Shown piece by piece: positions 16,245-25,685 of a DNA stretch of 31,996 nt (within the stretch, counting starts at the first letter, position 1; each line of letters opens with the position of its first letter). The stretch is from positions 1 through 31,996 of IMG/VR virus record IMGVR_UViG_3300012971_000056, one strand, 5' to 3'. The translations under genes and the position numbers were made by a program. This stretch comes from a virus (Duplodnaviria > Caudoviricetes). The notes under the pieces are model-generated. The model made no database searches and was not told where the DNA came from. It saw only the letters and a program-made list of their open reading frames with translations.

Positions 16245-16817
16245 ATGCCAAAAGCATTGCAATCAACAACAACGCCAGCACGTCGACCAGACGGAACTCT
16301 CCTCCCAGGTCATCACGGTCCACATCACGTCGGACAAGGAGGATATGAAGTCGGTCGCATCAAAGATTTGAGCCGCACGCGCCGAGAGCTTAATCTCAAC
16401 ACTATCAAGGCCTTACAGAAGGCTTTTGACCGCGGAGGCGACAAAGCTATCAACAAGGTCATGCGCAACAATCCTGCTATGTTCTTGAAAATGCTGGTAT
16501 TGCTCGTGCCGCGGGAAATGGAGGTCAGCCACAGCGCTGGCGTCAAGGGGATGACGACCGAGCAGATAGAACAAGCCATTGAAGTAGTTAAGGATTTGAT
16601 TGCCAAGCGCGACGCTGGCCAGAGCGCCAAGGTCATTGAGGGTACTTCATCCAATATCTCAGGAAATCCCAATAAGCCTAAGGTCGGACGGCCAAAAGGT
16701 GCCAAGAGGTCTAAGAACCTTGCCGATCGCATCGCTCGCTATGCTTCTTCCCCCGCGCTTCCCCAAGCTGACTCGATCGATGATGATACTAACAAGATCA
16801 ATGAGTTAAGCGACTAG
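16245..16817 (+). CDS. terS: Terminase small subunit (putative)
   Basis: RRPDGTLLPGH N-terminus; AF..GG.KAI..V..NNPAMFLKML..LVPREM; upstream of TerL. Confidence 0.7.
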   Translation: MPKALQSTTTPARRPDGTLLPGHHGPHHVGQGGYEVGRIKDLSRTRRELNLNTIKALQKAFDRGGDKAINKVMRNNPAMFLKMLVLLVPREMEVSHSAGVKGMTTEQIEQAIEVVKDLIAKRDAGQSAKVIEGTSSNISGNPNKPKVGRPKGAKRSKNLADRIARYASSPALPQADSIDDDTNKINELSD

Positions 16818-16972
16818 CTTTGCTTCATCATCCGAAGCGACTTCAGCATCCACACTGAGTAGATGCTGATCGCCGGCAGCTCCGGCCCCGAGCTCGAGGG
16901 GGGGGGCCCCTAAGAGAAAAGAGAAAAAACTCCACGCCCTCCTCCTTATACGGGGTGTATTTTCCGGTTCTT

Positions 16973-17059
16973 GTTACGGGTAACACTTACACGTAACGTC
17001 TTGTTACAGTAACCAATCTATGTTACAGTAACGCTGTTACAGTAACGGTTACGAGTAAC
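16973..17059. repeat. Array of six GTTAC-N1-2-GTAAC palindromes
   Basis: Copies at 16973, 16986 (CTTAC variant), 17003, 17022, 17036, 17048; G9 run at 16898-16906. Confidence 0.9.
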
Positions 17060-17063
17060 GGCT

Positions 17064-17378
17064 ATGGATCAGGTTGAGGTATTGAAGGCGGCGGAGCGGA
17101 TGCGGCGGAGGTGGTCGCGGGATGATGATGTATTGTTGGTTACGGATTGGGTGTTGAAGGGTGGGAAGCGCCTGGCGTTAGTGCCCCCTGCCGTTTCTGT
17201 AGTGTCACCTCCTGCTTCTGAAATAGAGGCGCGGGTTGAGCTGGCGATTGCGGAGCGGTTGAAGGAGGTTTCTGGGGGCAAGTGTCCGGTGTGTGAGGCG
17301 AGGCGGGATGCGGAGCGGCTGCGATTGAGGAAACTGATGCGGGACAAGCGGGCGAAGGCGAAGGCGGAGGGCAGGTGA
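17064..17378 (+). CDS. Hypothetical protein with CxxC and basic tail
   Basis: KCPVCEARR..RKLMRDKRAKAK. Confidence 0.7.
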   Translation: MDQVEVLKAAERMRRRWSRDDDVLLVTDWVLKGGKRLALVPPAVSVVSPPASEIEARVELAIAERLKEVSGGKCPVCEARRDAERLRLRKLMRDKRAKAKAEGR

Positions 17379-17380
17379 CG

Positions 17381-17416
17381 GGGAGTAGCCGGGAGTAGCG
17401 GGAAGTAGCGGGGAGT
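17381..17416. repeat. 10-bp-period tandem repeat
   Basis: GGGAGTAGCC GGGAGTAGCG GGAAGTAGCG GGGAGT. Confidence 0.8.
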
Positions 17417-17592
17417 GAGGGTGCTTTCGAGCTTTTGCGGTGGTGAGAAATGTGGAAATGGTGGCACGGCAAATGGTGGATGTCTGGGCGGTGTACGCCG
17501 TCGCTCAGGCTGGCGGGAGGTGGTGCGTTCGGGTTAAACGGGACTGCCTCCCGCTCTAGTTAAAGGGGGGGTTTAGGTAGGAGGAGGAGGTC

Positions 17593-17877
17593 ATGCAGGC
17601 AGGCGAGCCGCGCTGGCAGGACACGGCGGAGAGGGTATTGGAGATTGGCAAGAGTTTGGCGCGGATAGAGGACCGGTTGGAGGCGATGGCGTGTGGGGAT
17701 GCGCCGTATTTTGATGTGCTGCAAGTATTGGCGGCGGCGCGCAAGCTGGTGAAGGACCTGCATGTGCTCAAGGACATCATCTGGTTTGCGCATGAGGATG
17801 AGAGGAAGCGGCAGCGCGAGAAGGGGGAGGCCAAGGTTTATGACATGTCGAACGTGAAGCCGCTGCCGTTGCCGTGA
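17593..17877 (+). CDS. Hypothetical protein
   Basis: GGAGG RBS; 94 aa. Confidence 0.75.
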   Translation: MQAGEPRWQDTAERVLEIGKSLARIEDRLEAMACGDAPYFDVLQVLAAARKLVKDLHVLKDIIWFAHEDERKRQREKGEAKVYDMSNVKPLPLP

Positions 17878-18179
17878 TGGCTAACTTTGGACCGATGTCG
17901 AGGCGGGGAGGGATATCCGAGGCGGAGCCGGAGGATTGCGCGGTCACGTGGAGCGAGCGCACCGAGCTGATGATTGCGACGGAGCGGTATTTGGGGCTGC
18001 TGAGGAAGGAGCGGTTTCTGCAGTTGGTGCGGGAGCGATTGGCGAAGTTTCAGGGGAGGGATGGAGATGTTGTTGAACAAGGAGACGCTGGAACAACTGC
18101 GACTGACCAGAAAGAAGGATCTCAGGGTTGCCGACAGGATCTTGAAGAAGCTGCAACTGGAGATAGCGAGGCTCGATAA
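17874..18179 (+). CDS. Hypothetical protein
   Basis: Coupled to the upstream gene. Confidence 0.6.
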   Translation: MMANFGPMSRRGGISEAEPEDCAVTWSERTELMIATERYLGLLRKERFLQLVRERLAKFQGRDGDVVEQGDAGTTATDQKEGSQGCRQDLEEAATGDSEAR

Positions 18180-18378
18180 TCCGGTGGCGGCGGCCTATGT
18201 GTCCAGCCACATGTTGGCGGCGTATTTGTCGGCGTGGCGCGATCCGAGCAATCCGCGCGTGGTATCGGAGGAGATCGACGAGCTGCGCCTGCGGCGGGCG
18301 AAGATGGTGGTGGAGGTCGCGTTCTTCTTGCTGGCGGAGATGGATCAGGAGTTTGCCGAGCGGGGGTTGCCGCAATGA
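18067..18378 (+). CDS. Hypothetical protein
   Basis: GGAG RBS before MLLNKE. Confidence 0.65.
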   Translation: MLLNKETLEQLRLTRKKDLRVADRILKKLQLEIARLDNPVAAAYVSSHMLAAYLSAWRDPSNPRVVSEEIDELRLRRAKMVVEVAFFLLAEMDQEFAERGLPQ

Positions 18379-18554
18379 GAGCAGCGCGTCGCGTGCTTCG
18401 GCTCTGTCGTTGCGGTAAGATCGCGCACGGCAGGTTCGCGCGATGTTTCTCCTGCATGACGAGGGAAGTATGGGAGCCGGCGAGAAAGAAGGCGGCGAAG
18501 ACGAGGGAGAGGAAGGAGCGTCTGGGCTATCGCGCCGGGCGGTGGATCTATTAG
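18375..18554 (+). CDS. Small Cys/Arg-rich protein
   Basis: ATGA coupling; CRC..CFSC. Confidence 0.5.
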   Translation: MRAARRVLRLCRCGKIAHGRFARCFSCMTREVWEPARKKAAKTRERKERLGYRAGRWIY

Positions 18555-18660
18555 GCTTTGCCGAGCCGTGCCGGCGCTGCGGCCATGATTACGGGCTGCA
18601 TATGCTTAGCTGCACTGTGCTCGATTGCGAGTGCCGCGAGTTCGTCACCGAGGCAATCCC

Positions 18661-19377
18661 CTAGTGATTTTTCAGGAGCTCCTCCATCCGCTCGCGGAAA
18701 GCCTGATGCGCCACGATCAGCGCCTGGGTGGGGCCGAGCGGCAGCACCGCATTGTGCCGCAGCTCGGTCATCAAGGTGTCGATCAGGATCTGCCCGGACT
18801 GCAGGCAGGCGATGAGCCGGTTGCGCTGCGCGGAAAGCTCCTCGATGGCCATCGCGCTCTCTGCCAGTAACTGCGACGAGGAACCGGCAATAGGGGCAGG
18901 GGGCGAGGGCGTGGCGGGCCGCTGCAGCGCGCGCCGTGCCTCGTCGAGATTGTGCTTGGCGGTGGCGACGCGCGGGTCGAGCGGCTGGCCCTCGGGCAAA
19001 AAGCTGATCAGCGCCTCGATCAACTGCGCGGCGCAGTCGTAGGCGTAGACGACGCTGGCGGCATCGGCGCGTATCCGCATGGCCTCGTCCCGCAGCCGCT
19101 CGATTTCCTTGTCCCGCCACTCGATCTCGGCCGCGCCTTGCCGACGATAGTCGTTGCGCTCATCCGTCAGCCGGTCGATCTCCTCGCGCAACAGGTTGCT
19201 GCCGGCGATGAGCTCGGCGCCGGCACGGATATGCTCGTCGATGATCTTGCGCATCCGCTCGATCTTGTCGGCGGCCTCGCTCACGACTTGAGCCAACTCA
19301 GTAAAGGCCGCGTTCGTCCAACGCAGAGTTTCCTGGGGATTCTTGTAGCCGCGCAGCCGCTCAACAATGTCGCTCAT
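18661..19377 (-). CDS. Phage coiled-coil protein (MSDIVERLR type)
   Basis: MSDIVERLRG..AADKIERMR..EIERLR. Confidence 0.75.
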   Translation of the reverse strand: MSDIVERLRGYKNPQETLRWTNAAFTELAQVVSEAADKIERMRKIIDEHIRAGAELIAGSNLLREEIDRLTDERNDYRRQGAAEIEWRDKEIERLRDEAMRIRADAASVVYAYDCAAQLIEALISFLPEGQPLDPRVATAKHNLDEARRALQRPATPSPPAPIAGSSSQLLAESAMAIEELSAQRNRLIACLQSGQILIDTLMTELRHNAVLPLGPTQALIVAHQAFRERMEELLKNH

Positions 19378-19412
19378 GCGGTTTATCCTAGTACAAAGCG
19401 AATCGCACGACA

Positions 19413-21089
19413 ATGGACGACATTACTACTCCACAGGAAGCCCAGGCCGCCGGCGATACGCTGGATGTCAGCCTCAAAGTGCTGCAGGACGAGCTCAAGG
19501 TCCGCTATGAGCGCGATCGGCAGTCGCGCCCCGGCGGCCTGATCAACTTCGTAAGATATTTCTGGCCGGTGATCGAGCCGGAAACCCGGCTGGTCGAAGG
19601 CTGGCTGCTCGACGCCATCTGCGAGCACCTCGAGGCCGTCACCTTTGGAAAAATAACGCGACTCCTGATAAATGTCCCGCCCGGCAGCATGAAGAGCCTC
19701 ATGGTCAATGTATTTTGGCCGGCGTTCGAGTGGGGCCCTATGGGCATGTCGCATAAAAGGTATGTCAGCTTCTCCTACTCGAGCGGATTGACGCAAAGAG
19801 ATAACCTTAAGTTCAAGAAACTCATTACCCACGATAGCTATAAGGAACTATGGGGCGATAAGTTCGCGGTGGAGAAAGAAGGCGAGGTAAAGGTAACAAA
19901 TGACAAAACCGGATCAAAGTTCGCTTCCTCGGTGGGCGGTATCGGTACAGGCGAGCGCGGCGACGCCGTCATACTTGACGACCCGCACAATGTTCACCAG
20001 TCGGAGTCGGACGTGGTTAGAACCGACACCGTCAGATGGTTCCGAGAAACCATCACCGACCGATTAAACAACCTCGACGATAGCGCCATCATCATCATCA
20101 TGCAGCGCGTGCACCAGGCCGATATCAGCGGCTTCATCTTAGAGAACGGATGGCCCTACTGTCACTTGCAAGTCCCGATGGAATACGAAATAGGCCGCGA
20201 TCCCTACAATACCATCGGCTGGGTAGACCCAAGAACCGAAGAAGGCGACCTCGCCTGGCCGGAACGGTTTAGCCCGGAAGCCGTCGCTAATATCGAAAGA
20301 GAAAAAGGCTCATGGGCATACGCCGGCCAGTATCAGCAAAGACCCGCACCGCGCGGTGGTGGCATAATAAAGCGCGAGCACTGGCGGCCCTATACCCAAG
20401 AGAACTGTCAAAATTTTGGCGTGCCCTGGCCGCTCTTTCCATCGATGAGCTATACCGTCTTGAGTCTGGATACCGCACAAACCGAGAAAAAAATAAACGA
20501 CCCCTCCGCCGGCGTCGTCCTCGGCGTTGCCCGCGACCTTAACCAAAATCGCCGCCTCATATTGATGTGGGCCTGGGCGGAGAGATTAGAGCTCTACGAG
20601 CTGGTCAAAAAAATAGAGGAGACATGCAGGAAATTTAAGGTCAACCGCGTCCTCGTCGAGGATAAAGCCTCCGGCCATCCCGTGGCGCAAGAGCTGCGCC
20701 GACGCGGCCGCGTCATCTCCGATGTGCTCGCGCAAAACCCGAAAACCCAGGACCGCGCCGACTTCGGCGTGCAATTGATCAATCCGGAAGGAGATAAGGT
20801 CGCCCGCATGCTATCGGTGCAAAACCTGTTCGAGTGCGGGTTGGTCTACGCCCCCGCCGAAGGAACCGCGCATGATTACCTGTTCAAGGACTGGGCCGAC
20901 AAGGTGATGACGCAATGCGCCGAGCTGCCCAAAGGCGCGCACGACGATCTCGCCGACGCCATGTCACAAGCATTAGTGCATCTGCGCCAATTGGGCCTCG
21001 CGCAAATGCCCGACGAGGACGAGCTCGATGCCGTCGACATCAATAAGTATCGCCGCCAACCCACCGCGCTCTACCCGGCCTTCGCGTAA
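19413..21089 (+). CDS. terL: Terminase large subunit
   Basis: INVPPGSMKS (Walker A), ILDDP (Walker B), IMQR, YAGQYQQRP, SLDTA, VEDKASG, HDDLADAMSQ. Confidence 0.96.
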   Translation: MDDITTPQEAQAAGDTLDVSLKVLQDELKVRYERDRQSRPGGLINFVRYFWPVIEPETRLVEGWLLDAICEHLEAVTFGKITRLLINVPPGSMKSLMVNVFWPAFEWGPMGMSHKRYVSFSYSSGLTQRDNLKFKKLITHDSYKELWGDKFAVEKEGEVKVTNDKTGSKFASSVGGIGTGERGDAVILDDPHNVHQSESDVVRTDTVRWFRETITDRLNNLDDSAIIIIMQRVHQADISGFILENGWPYCHLQVPMEYEIGRDPYNTIGWVDPRTEEGDLAWPERFSPEAVANIEREKGSWAYAGQYQQRPAPRGGGIIKREHWRPYTQENCQNFGVPWPLFPSMSYTVLSLDTAQTEKKINDPSAGVVLGVARDLNQNRRLILMWAWAERLELYELVKKIEETCRKFKVNRVLVEDKASGHPVAQELRRRGRVISDVLAQNPKTQDRADFGVQLINPEGDKVARMLSVQNLFECGLVYAPAEGTAHDYLFKDWADKVMTQCAELPKGAHDDLADAMSQALVHLRQLGLAQMPDEDELDAVDINKYRRQPTALYPAFA

Positions 21090-21198
21090 AAATCCCTGGC
21101 GCGATAAAGCTTCCCGCGCCGCCATCCTGCGCGGCATCAGACTGGCCGCTAAAAACGCCAAGCAAGAAGATAGCGCGCGAATCAGCTAGCTTCGCGCC

Positions 21199-22617
21199 AT
21201 GCTGATTCTCTCTTCCACCACCGATGCCCTGCAAGTCATCACCGCCGCATCGGGAACCATCAACGTGCATTGCAGCTGGATGGATAATACCTCCGGCACG
21301 GTCACGCCGGGCAGAACCAATACCGCAATCAGCACGGCCGCCACTACCAGCATCGTCGCCCCGCCCGCCGCCGCCACGCAACGCAACATCAAAACTATCC
21401 ACATCGCTAATGCCGGCTCAAGCGCCGTCGACATCACGGTGCAGCACACCGACGGAACAATCGTCTCTCAGTTGCACAAGGTTACGCTGGCCGGCGGCAC
21501 AACCCTGCAATATATCGATGAGGTCGGCTTCACCACCGCCAGCGGCGGCATCAGCACAAGCTTCTCCCCCGCTACCAATCTCATTATCAACAGCGGTATG
21601 GAAGTCAGCCAGGAAAGCATAGCCAACGCCATAAACAGCATCTCTAACCTTAATCGTTACACCATCGATATGTTCGGCGTGCACGTGCTCGGCAGCGTCG
21701 TCATCACCGCCCAGCAAATTATCGACGCCCCGGCCGGCTACAAAAATAGCCTCAAAGTCTCCGTCACCACCGCCGATACCTCGATCGCCGCCGGCGACAA
21801 AGCATTGATCTACGCCGTCGTCGAAGGCTACCGCTGCGCCCGGCTGGGCTTCGGCGCCGCCGGCGCGCAAAACATCGCATTAGGCTTCTGGGTTAAAGCC
21901 AATAGAACCGGAACCTACAGCGCCAGCATCGAAAACTTCAACGTCAACCGCTGCTACCCCTTTAACTTCAGCGTAAACTCCAGCGCCACCTGGGAGTATA
22001 AAACCGCCACCATCCCCGGCGATGTCACCGGCACTTGGCGCATCGATAACGCCGCCGGCCTCTATATCAATTGGGTGATGATGGCCGGAACAACCTTCAC
22101 CGGCAGCGCCAACTCGTGGAACCCAGCAAGAACCGAAGCAGTCACCGGCACGCTCAATGGCGTCGCCGCTACCACCGACTATATGCAAATCTGCGGCGTC
22201 AGCCTCATCCCCGGAACCAATCCCGTCGCCCAAGGCACCATCGTCACCCGCAACTTCGACGAGGAACTCGTCCTCTGCCGGCGCTACTACGAGAAATCCT
22301 ACAACTACCTCGTCGCTCCCCAGGCGCTCAGCACCCCCGGCGAGCTGGAGTGGGGCCTCTCGCTCAACAGCGGCACCAACGCGGAAATGACCGCGCCGGC
22401 ACGCTTCTCCGTGCATAAACGCGCCGCCCCCGCCTTCTCCGTCTACTCGCCAAATACCGGAGCAGCATCAAAAGTCTGGGAGTCGCTCTCCAATACCGAC
22501 GTGCCAATGAGCGTCGGCAACCTCGGCGAAAGCGGAAGCGAAATCCAGGCGGCTATCGGCGGTAGCCCGGCATCCGTCTACTTCAATGCCCATTGGGTCG
22601 CCGACGCGAGGCTTTGA
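21199..22617 (+). CDS. Virion fibre/carbohydrate-binding structural protein
   Basis: Thr/Ala-rich beta-type sequence; NLIINSGMEVSQ..TWEYKT.TIPGD..EELVLCRRYYEKSY. Confidence 0.7.
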   Translation: MLILSSTTDALQVITAASGTINVHCSWMDNTSGTVTPGRTNTAISTAATTSIVAPPAAATQRNIKTIHIANAGSSAVDITVQHTDGTIVSQLHKVTLAGGTTLQYIDEVGFTTASGGISTSFSPATNLIINSGMEVSQESIANAINSISNLNRYTIDMFGVHVLGSVVITAQQIIDAPAGYKNSLKVSVTTADTSIAAGDKALIYAVVEGYRCARLGFGAAGAQNIALGFWVKANRTGTYSASIENFNVNRCYPFNFSVNSSATWEYKTATIPGDVTGTWRIDNAAGLYINWVMMAGTTFTGSANSWNPARTEAVTGTLNGVAATTDYMQICGVSLIPGTNPVAQGTIVTRNFDEELVLCRRYYEKSYNYLVAPQALSTPGELEWGLSLNSGTNAEMTAPARFSVHKRAAPAFSVYSPNTGAASKVWESLSNTDVPMSVGNLGESGSEIQAAIGGSPASVYFNAHWVADARL

Positions 22618-22619
22618 TC

Positions 22620-22823
22620 ATGGCTACTGCCTACGAGTTCACCAAGCCCGATAACACCATGGTGCAGCGAAGCTCCGACCTCGCCTTCTTGCCATGGGAT
22701 CTCGGCAATAACTGCCCGGCCGGCGAAGGCTTTGCCTTCCGTCAATGGCTCAATGACGGCTCGCCAATACCCAGCCCCTACGATCCGGCAAAGTGGCCGA
22801 CGCCAGGAACTACACGGCGATGA
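22620..22823 (+). CDS. Small fibre-associated (assembly chaperone-like) protein
   Basis: VQRSSDLAFLP.D..N..F.QWL..G..P.PY; follows the fibre gene. Confidence 0.6.
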   Translation: MATAYEFTKPDNTMVQRSSDLAFLPWDLGNNCPAGEGFAFRQWLNDGSPIPSPYDPAKWPTPGTTRR

Positions 22824-23167
22824 TCCTACTCACCTCAACATCCGATCAGCTCCAGCTCGTTACCTCGGCCGCAGTAACCGTCGATGTGCATGCGAGCTGG
22901 GTCGACACGCTGGGCGCCACCGTTACCGCCGGCAGGACCAATACCAATATCTCCACCGCCGCAACCACCACCGTCACGCCGTCACCCGCCGCCTCGACTC
23001 AGCGCAATATGAAGACCATGCACGTGCGCAATCGCCACGCCACGCTCGCTACCGATGTCACCGTGCAGCATACCGACGGCAGCACAGTGGTCAGGCTCTA
23101 TAAAACGACGCTCTACCCCGGCGGCGTGCTCGAGTACACGGACCAAGGAGGCTTCCAACAGTTCTGA
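22820..23167 (+). CDS. Stand-alone paralog of the fibre N-terminal domain
   Basis: Shares GRTNT.ISTAATT, TQRN.KT.H and D.TVQHTDG with the 21199 protein. Confidence 0.8.
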   Translation: MILLTSTSDQLQLVTSAAVTVDVHASWVDTLGATVTAGRTNTNISTAATTTVTPSPAASTQRNMKTMHVRNRHATLATDVTVQHTDGSTVVRLYKTTLYPGGVLEYTDQGGFQQF

Positions 23168-25467
23168 TGGCTAACGGTAACGGCATCCAGCCCACCGAAC
23201 ACTATCGTAACCTCGATGATCCCGTGCCCGGCGCAGCTACTACGCCGCCGGACAGCGATCCCGTCGTCGTCGTCATCCAAGAGGACGCGGAAAAAGCCCC
23301 GGAAAATATCGGTATCGAACGCGCCGACGGCGCCCTGATCATCCGCCTCGACGGCAAAACCGCGCGCGAACCGCGCGGCAGCGCCCAAGCCCACGACGCC
23401 AATCTCGCCGAGTATATCGATGAGCGCGAGCTCGCCCGCATCTGCGACGAGCTGCTCAACGGCATCGATAACGATATCCAAACCCGCCAGGACTGGATCG
23501 ATAGGCGTGCCGCTGGGATAAAACACCTCGCGCTCAAAATCGAAAACCCAAGATCGCCCTCCGCCGACGCCGATACCGCAGTCGAAGGGCAAAGTACCAT
23601 CCGCTCGCCCATCCTGCTCGACGCCGTCATGCGCCATCAGGCCAATGCCCGCGGCGAGCTTCTCCCCGCCGGCGGCCCAGTCAAAGTGGCCAACGATAGC
23701 TCACCAAAAACCCCCTATCGCCTGCAGCAAGAAGCCCAGGCGCAACTTCCGCGCCAGCAAACCGGCGACGATCGCGATATCTGGGCCGACGCATTGGAGA
23801 TGGATTTCAATCACTATCTCACCGTCGTCGATAAACCTTATTATCCCGACACTAACCGCATGTTCTTCATGCAAGGTTTCGGCGGGTCAGGGTTCAAAAA
23901 GGTCTATAGATGCCCGATCTTGCGCCGACCTATCTCGCGCGCGGTCGACGCTGAAGACATCGTAGTCTCCGACAACGAGGTTTCCCTGCACGATTGCGGC
24001 CGCGTCACGCACCGTATCGAAATGCGACAGAGCGTGATGCGCCGGATGCAATTGTCCGGCACCTACCTCGACATCGACCTGCAGCCGCCGGCCGCGCCCG
24101 ACCCGGATCCCGTCGAGCGCGCAGAAAAAGATGTCGCCGGGCTAAGCGTCTTCTCCTCGCGCCCCGAGGATTACAAGCACACGGTCTACGAGGTCTATTG
24201 CGAGTTGGATGTTGCCGGGTTCGAGCACAAAGAGCGCGGCAAAATAACCGGCCTGCCGCTGCCTTATAAGGTGTCGATCGACAAAGATAGCCAAACGGTG
24301 CTCGAGGTCCGCCGCCGCTGGCAGGAAAACGACGACCGCTTCATCGGTATCATGCCAATTGTTAAGTTCCCCTTTGTCGAAGGCCTGGGTTTCTATGGCG
24401 TCGGCCTATTGGCAATCATGGGCAATGCCACCGCGGCCATCACCACAGCCTGGCGGCTTGCTCTCGATAGCGCCGCCTTCTCATCCTGGCCGGGATTCCT
24501 CTACAGCGAGACGGTCGGACGCCAAGATACGATGATGTTCCGCGTCGGCCTCGGCGCCGGCGTGCGTATCAATACCGGCGGCCAGCCAATTAATAACAAC
24601 GTGATGCCGTTACCTTATAAGGACGTCACGGCCGGCCTCGTACAGGTGACCACGCATATCGAAGAAGAAGCGCGCCGCGTCGGCGGCACGCCCGAGCTCG
24701 CCGTCGGCGAAGGAAGACAAGATGTGCCGGTCGGAACCACGCTCGCGATGTTGGACCAGGCCGTTAAGGTAATCGATAGCGTTCACAAAGGGATGCATAT
24801 AGCCCAGGCGGAAGAGTTCTCGCTTCTACGCGATCTCTTTATCCAAGATCCCGATGCGCTTTTATGCGCTAATCCCTCGCCGGCGCGGCAATGGGAACGC
24901 CAGGACCTCGTAAACGCGCTCACAACCTGCAGCATAGTCCCGCGCGCCGATCCAAATACCCCAAGCCATAGCATCAGGGTCATGAAGGCCGTGGCGTTAG
25001 TCCAGTTGGTTCAAATGGACCCGACTATGTGGGACCTTCCCGCAGTAGTTAGGCGGGTTTCCTCAATGGTCGGCATGGGCACCGTCGATGAGCTGCTCAA
25101 ACCGCCCGGTAGCCAGCAGCCAGACCCGAAAACTATGAAAGCTATGGCGGATACTCAGCTCGCTACCCAAGAGTTGGCGCAGAAAGCCCAGGATATGCAA
25201 ATGAAAGGCGCCCTGGAAATGCTCTCCGAACGGATGAAACTGATGATCCAAGAGATCCAGCTGCAAAACAATCGCGAGGAAAGGGTTTCGCGCGAGCGCA
25301 TCGAAGGCGCAAAGCTCGCGCAAGAGCGCATGCAACTCGCCGAAGGCGCGTTGATCCATCCTTTGGCTACGCCGGTCGCGCGTCAGTTCTCGCAACAGTT
25401 CGGTCCTGGCGTGGCGGGCGCGGCGGGCGCGCCGCCGCCGGCGTTGCCACCCAATCGAGTGCTATGA
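23167..25467 (+). CDS. Portal protein
   Basis: 766 aa; H.ANLAE, ELLPAGGPVK, GSGFKKVY, GLGFYG.GL, PVGTTLA; position in the head module. Confidence 0.9.
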   Translation: MANGNGIQPTEHYRNLDDPVPGAATTPPDSDPVVVVIQEDAEKAPENIGIERADGALIIRLDGKTAREPRGSAQAHDANLAEYIDERELARICDELLNGIDNDIQTRQDWIDRRAAGIKHLALKIENPRSPSADADTAVEGQSTIRSPILLDAVMRHQANARGELLPAGGPVKVANDSSPKTPYRLQQEAQAQLPRQQTGDDRDIWADALEMDFNHYLTVVDKPYYPDTNRMFFMQGFGGSGFKKVYRCPILRRPISRAVDAEDIVVSDNEVSLHDCGRVTHRIEMRQSVMRRMQLSGTYLDIDLQPPAAPDPDPVERAEKDVAGLSVFSSRPEDYKHTVYEVYCELDVAGFEHKERGKITGLPLPYKVSIDKDSQTVLEVRRRWQENDDRFIGIMPIVKFPFVEGLGFYGVGLLAIMGNATAAITTAWRLALDSAAFSSWPGFLYSETVGRQDTMMFRVGLGAGVRINTGGQPINNNVMPLPYKDVTAGLVQVTTHIEEEARRVGGTPELAVGEGRQDVPVGTTLAMLDQAVKVIDSVHKGMHIAQAEEFSLLRDLFIQDPDALLCANPSPARQWERQDLVNALTTCSIVPRADPNTPSHSIRVMKAVALVQLVQMDPTMWDLPAVVRRVSSMVGMGTVDELLKPPGSQQPDPKTMKAMADTQLATQELAQKAQDMQMKGALEMLSERMKLMIQEIQLQNNREERVSRERIEGAKLAQERMQLAEGALIHPLATPVARQFSQQFGPGVAGAAGAPPPALPPNRVL

Positions 25468-25658
25468 CGGCAGTCAGCGAGAAAACCAAGTATCAGATCG
25501 CTCGGCAGAAAGGGCAAAGATGGTGCAATAAGTCGCGGATTTCCTTCATGATACATCCCGATACCCTAAGAGCGATCAAACGCGACGCGGCAGAAAAGAA
25601 AGTGTCTTTGAGTTGGCTGATCCGCAGACTAATCGTCCACTATCTCGAGACACGATAA
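25464..25658 (+). CDS. Ribbon-helix-helix protein
   Basis: RISFMI..LRAIKRDAAEKKVSLSWLIRRLI. Confidence 0.7.
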   Translation: MTAVSEKTKYQIARQKGQRWCNKSRISFMIHPDTLRAIKRDAAEKKVSLSWLIRRLIVHYLETR

Positions 25659-25685
25659 GATCACGCAACTGATTCGGAGGAGCCC

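Noticed and set aside
18551-19542. Alternative-frame ORFs of 189 and 196 aa
   Set aside because: Arg/Ala-rich or antisense shadows of the 18661-19377 gene without functional motifs, unlike the MTase nested frame
21199-23167. Possible DGR template/variable repeat pair
   Set aside because: The copies differ at all base types, both are intact ORFs, and no reverse transcriptase is in the window
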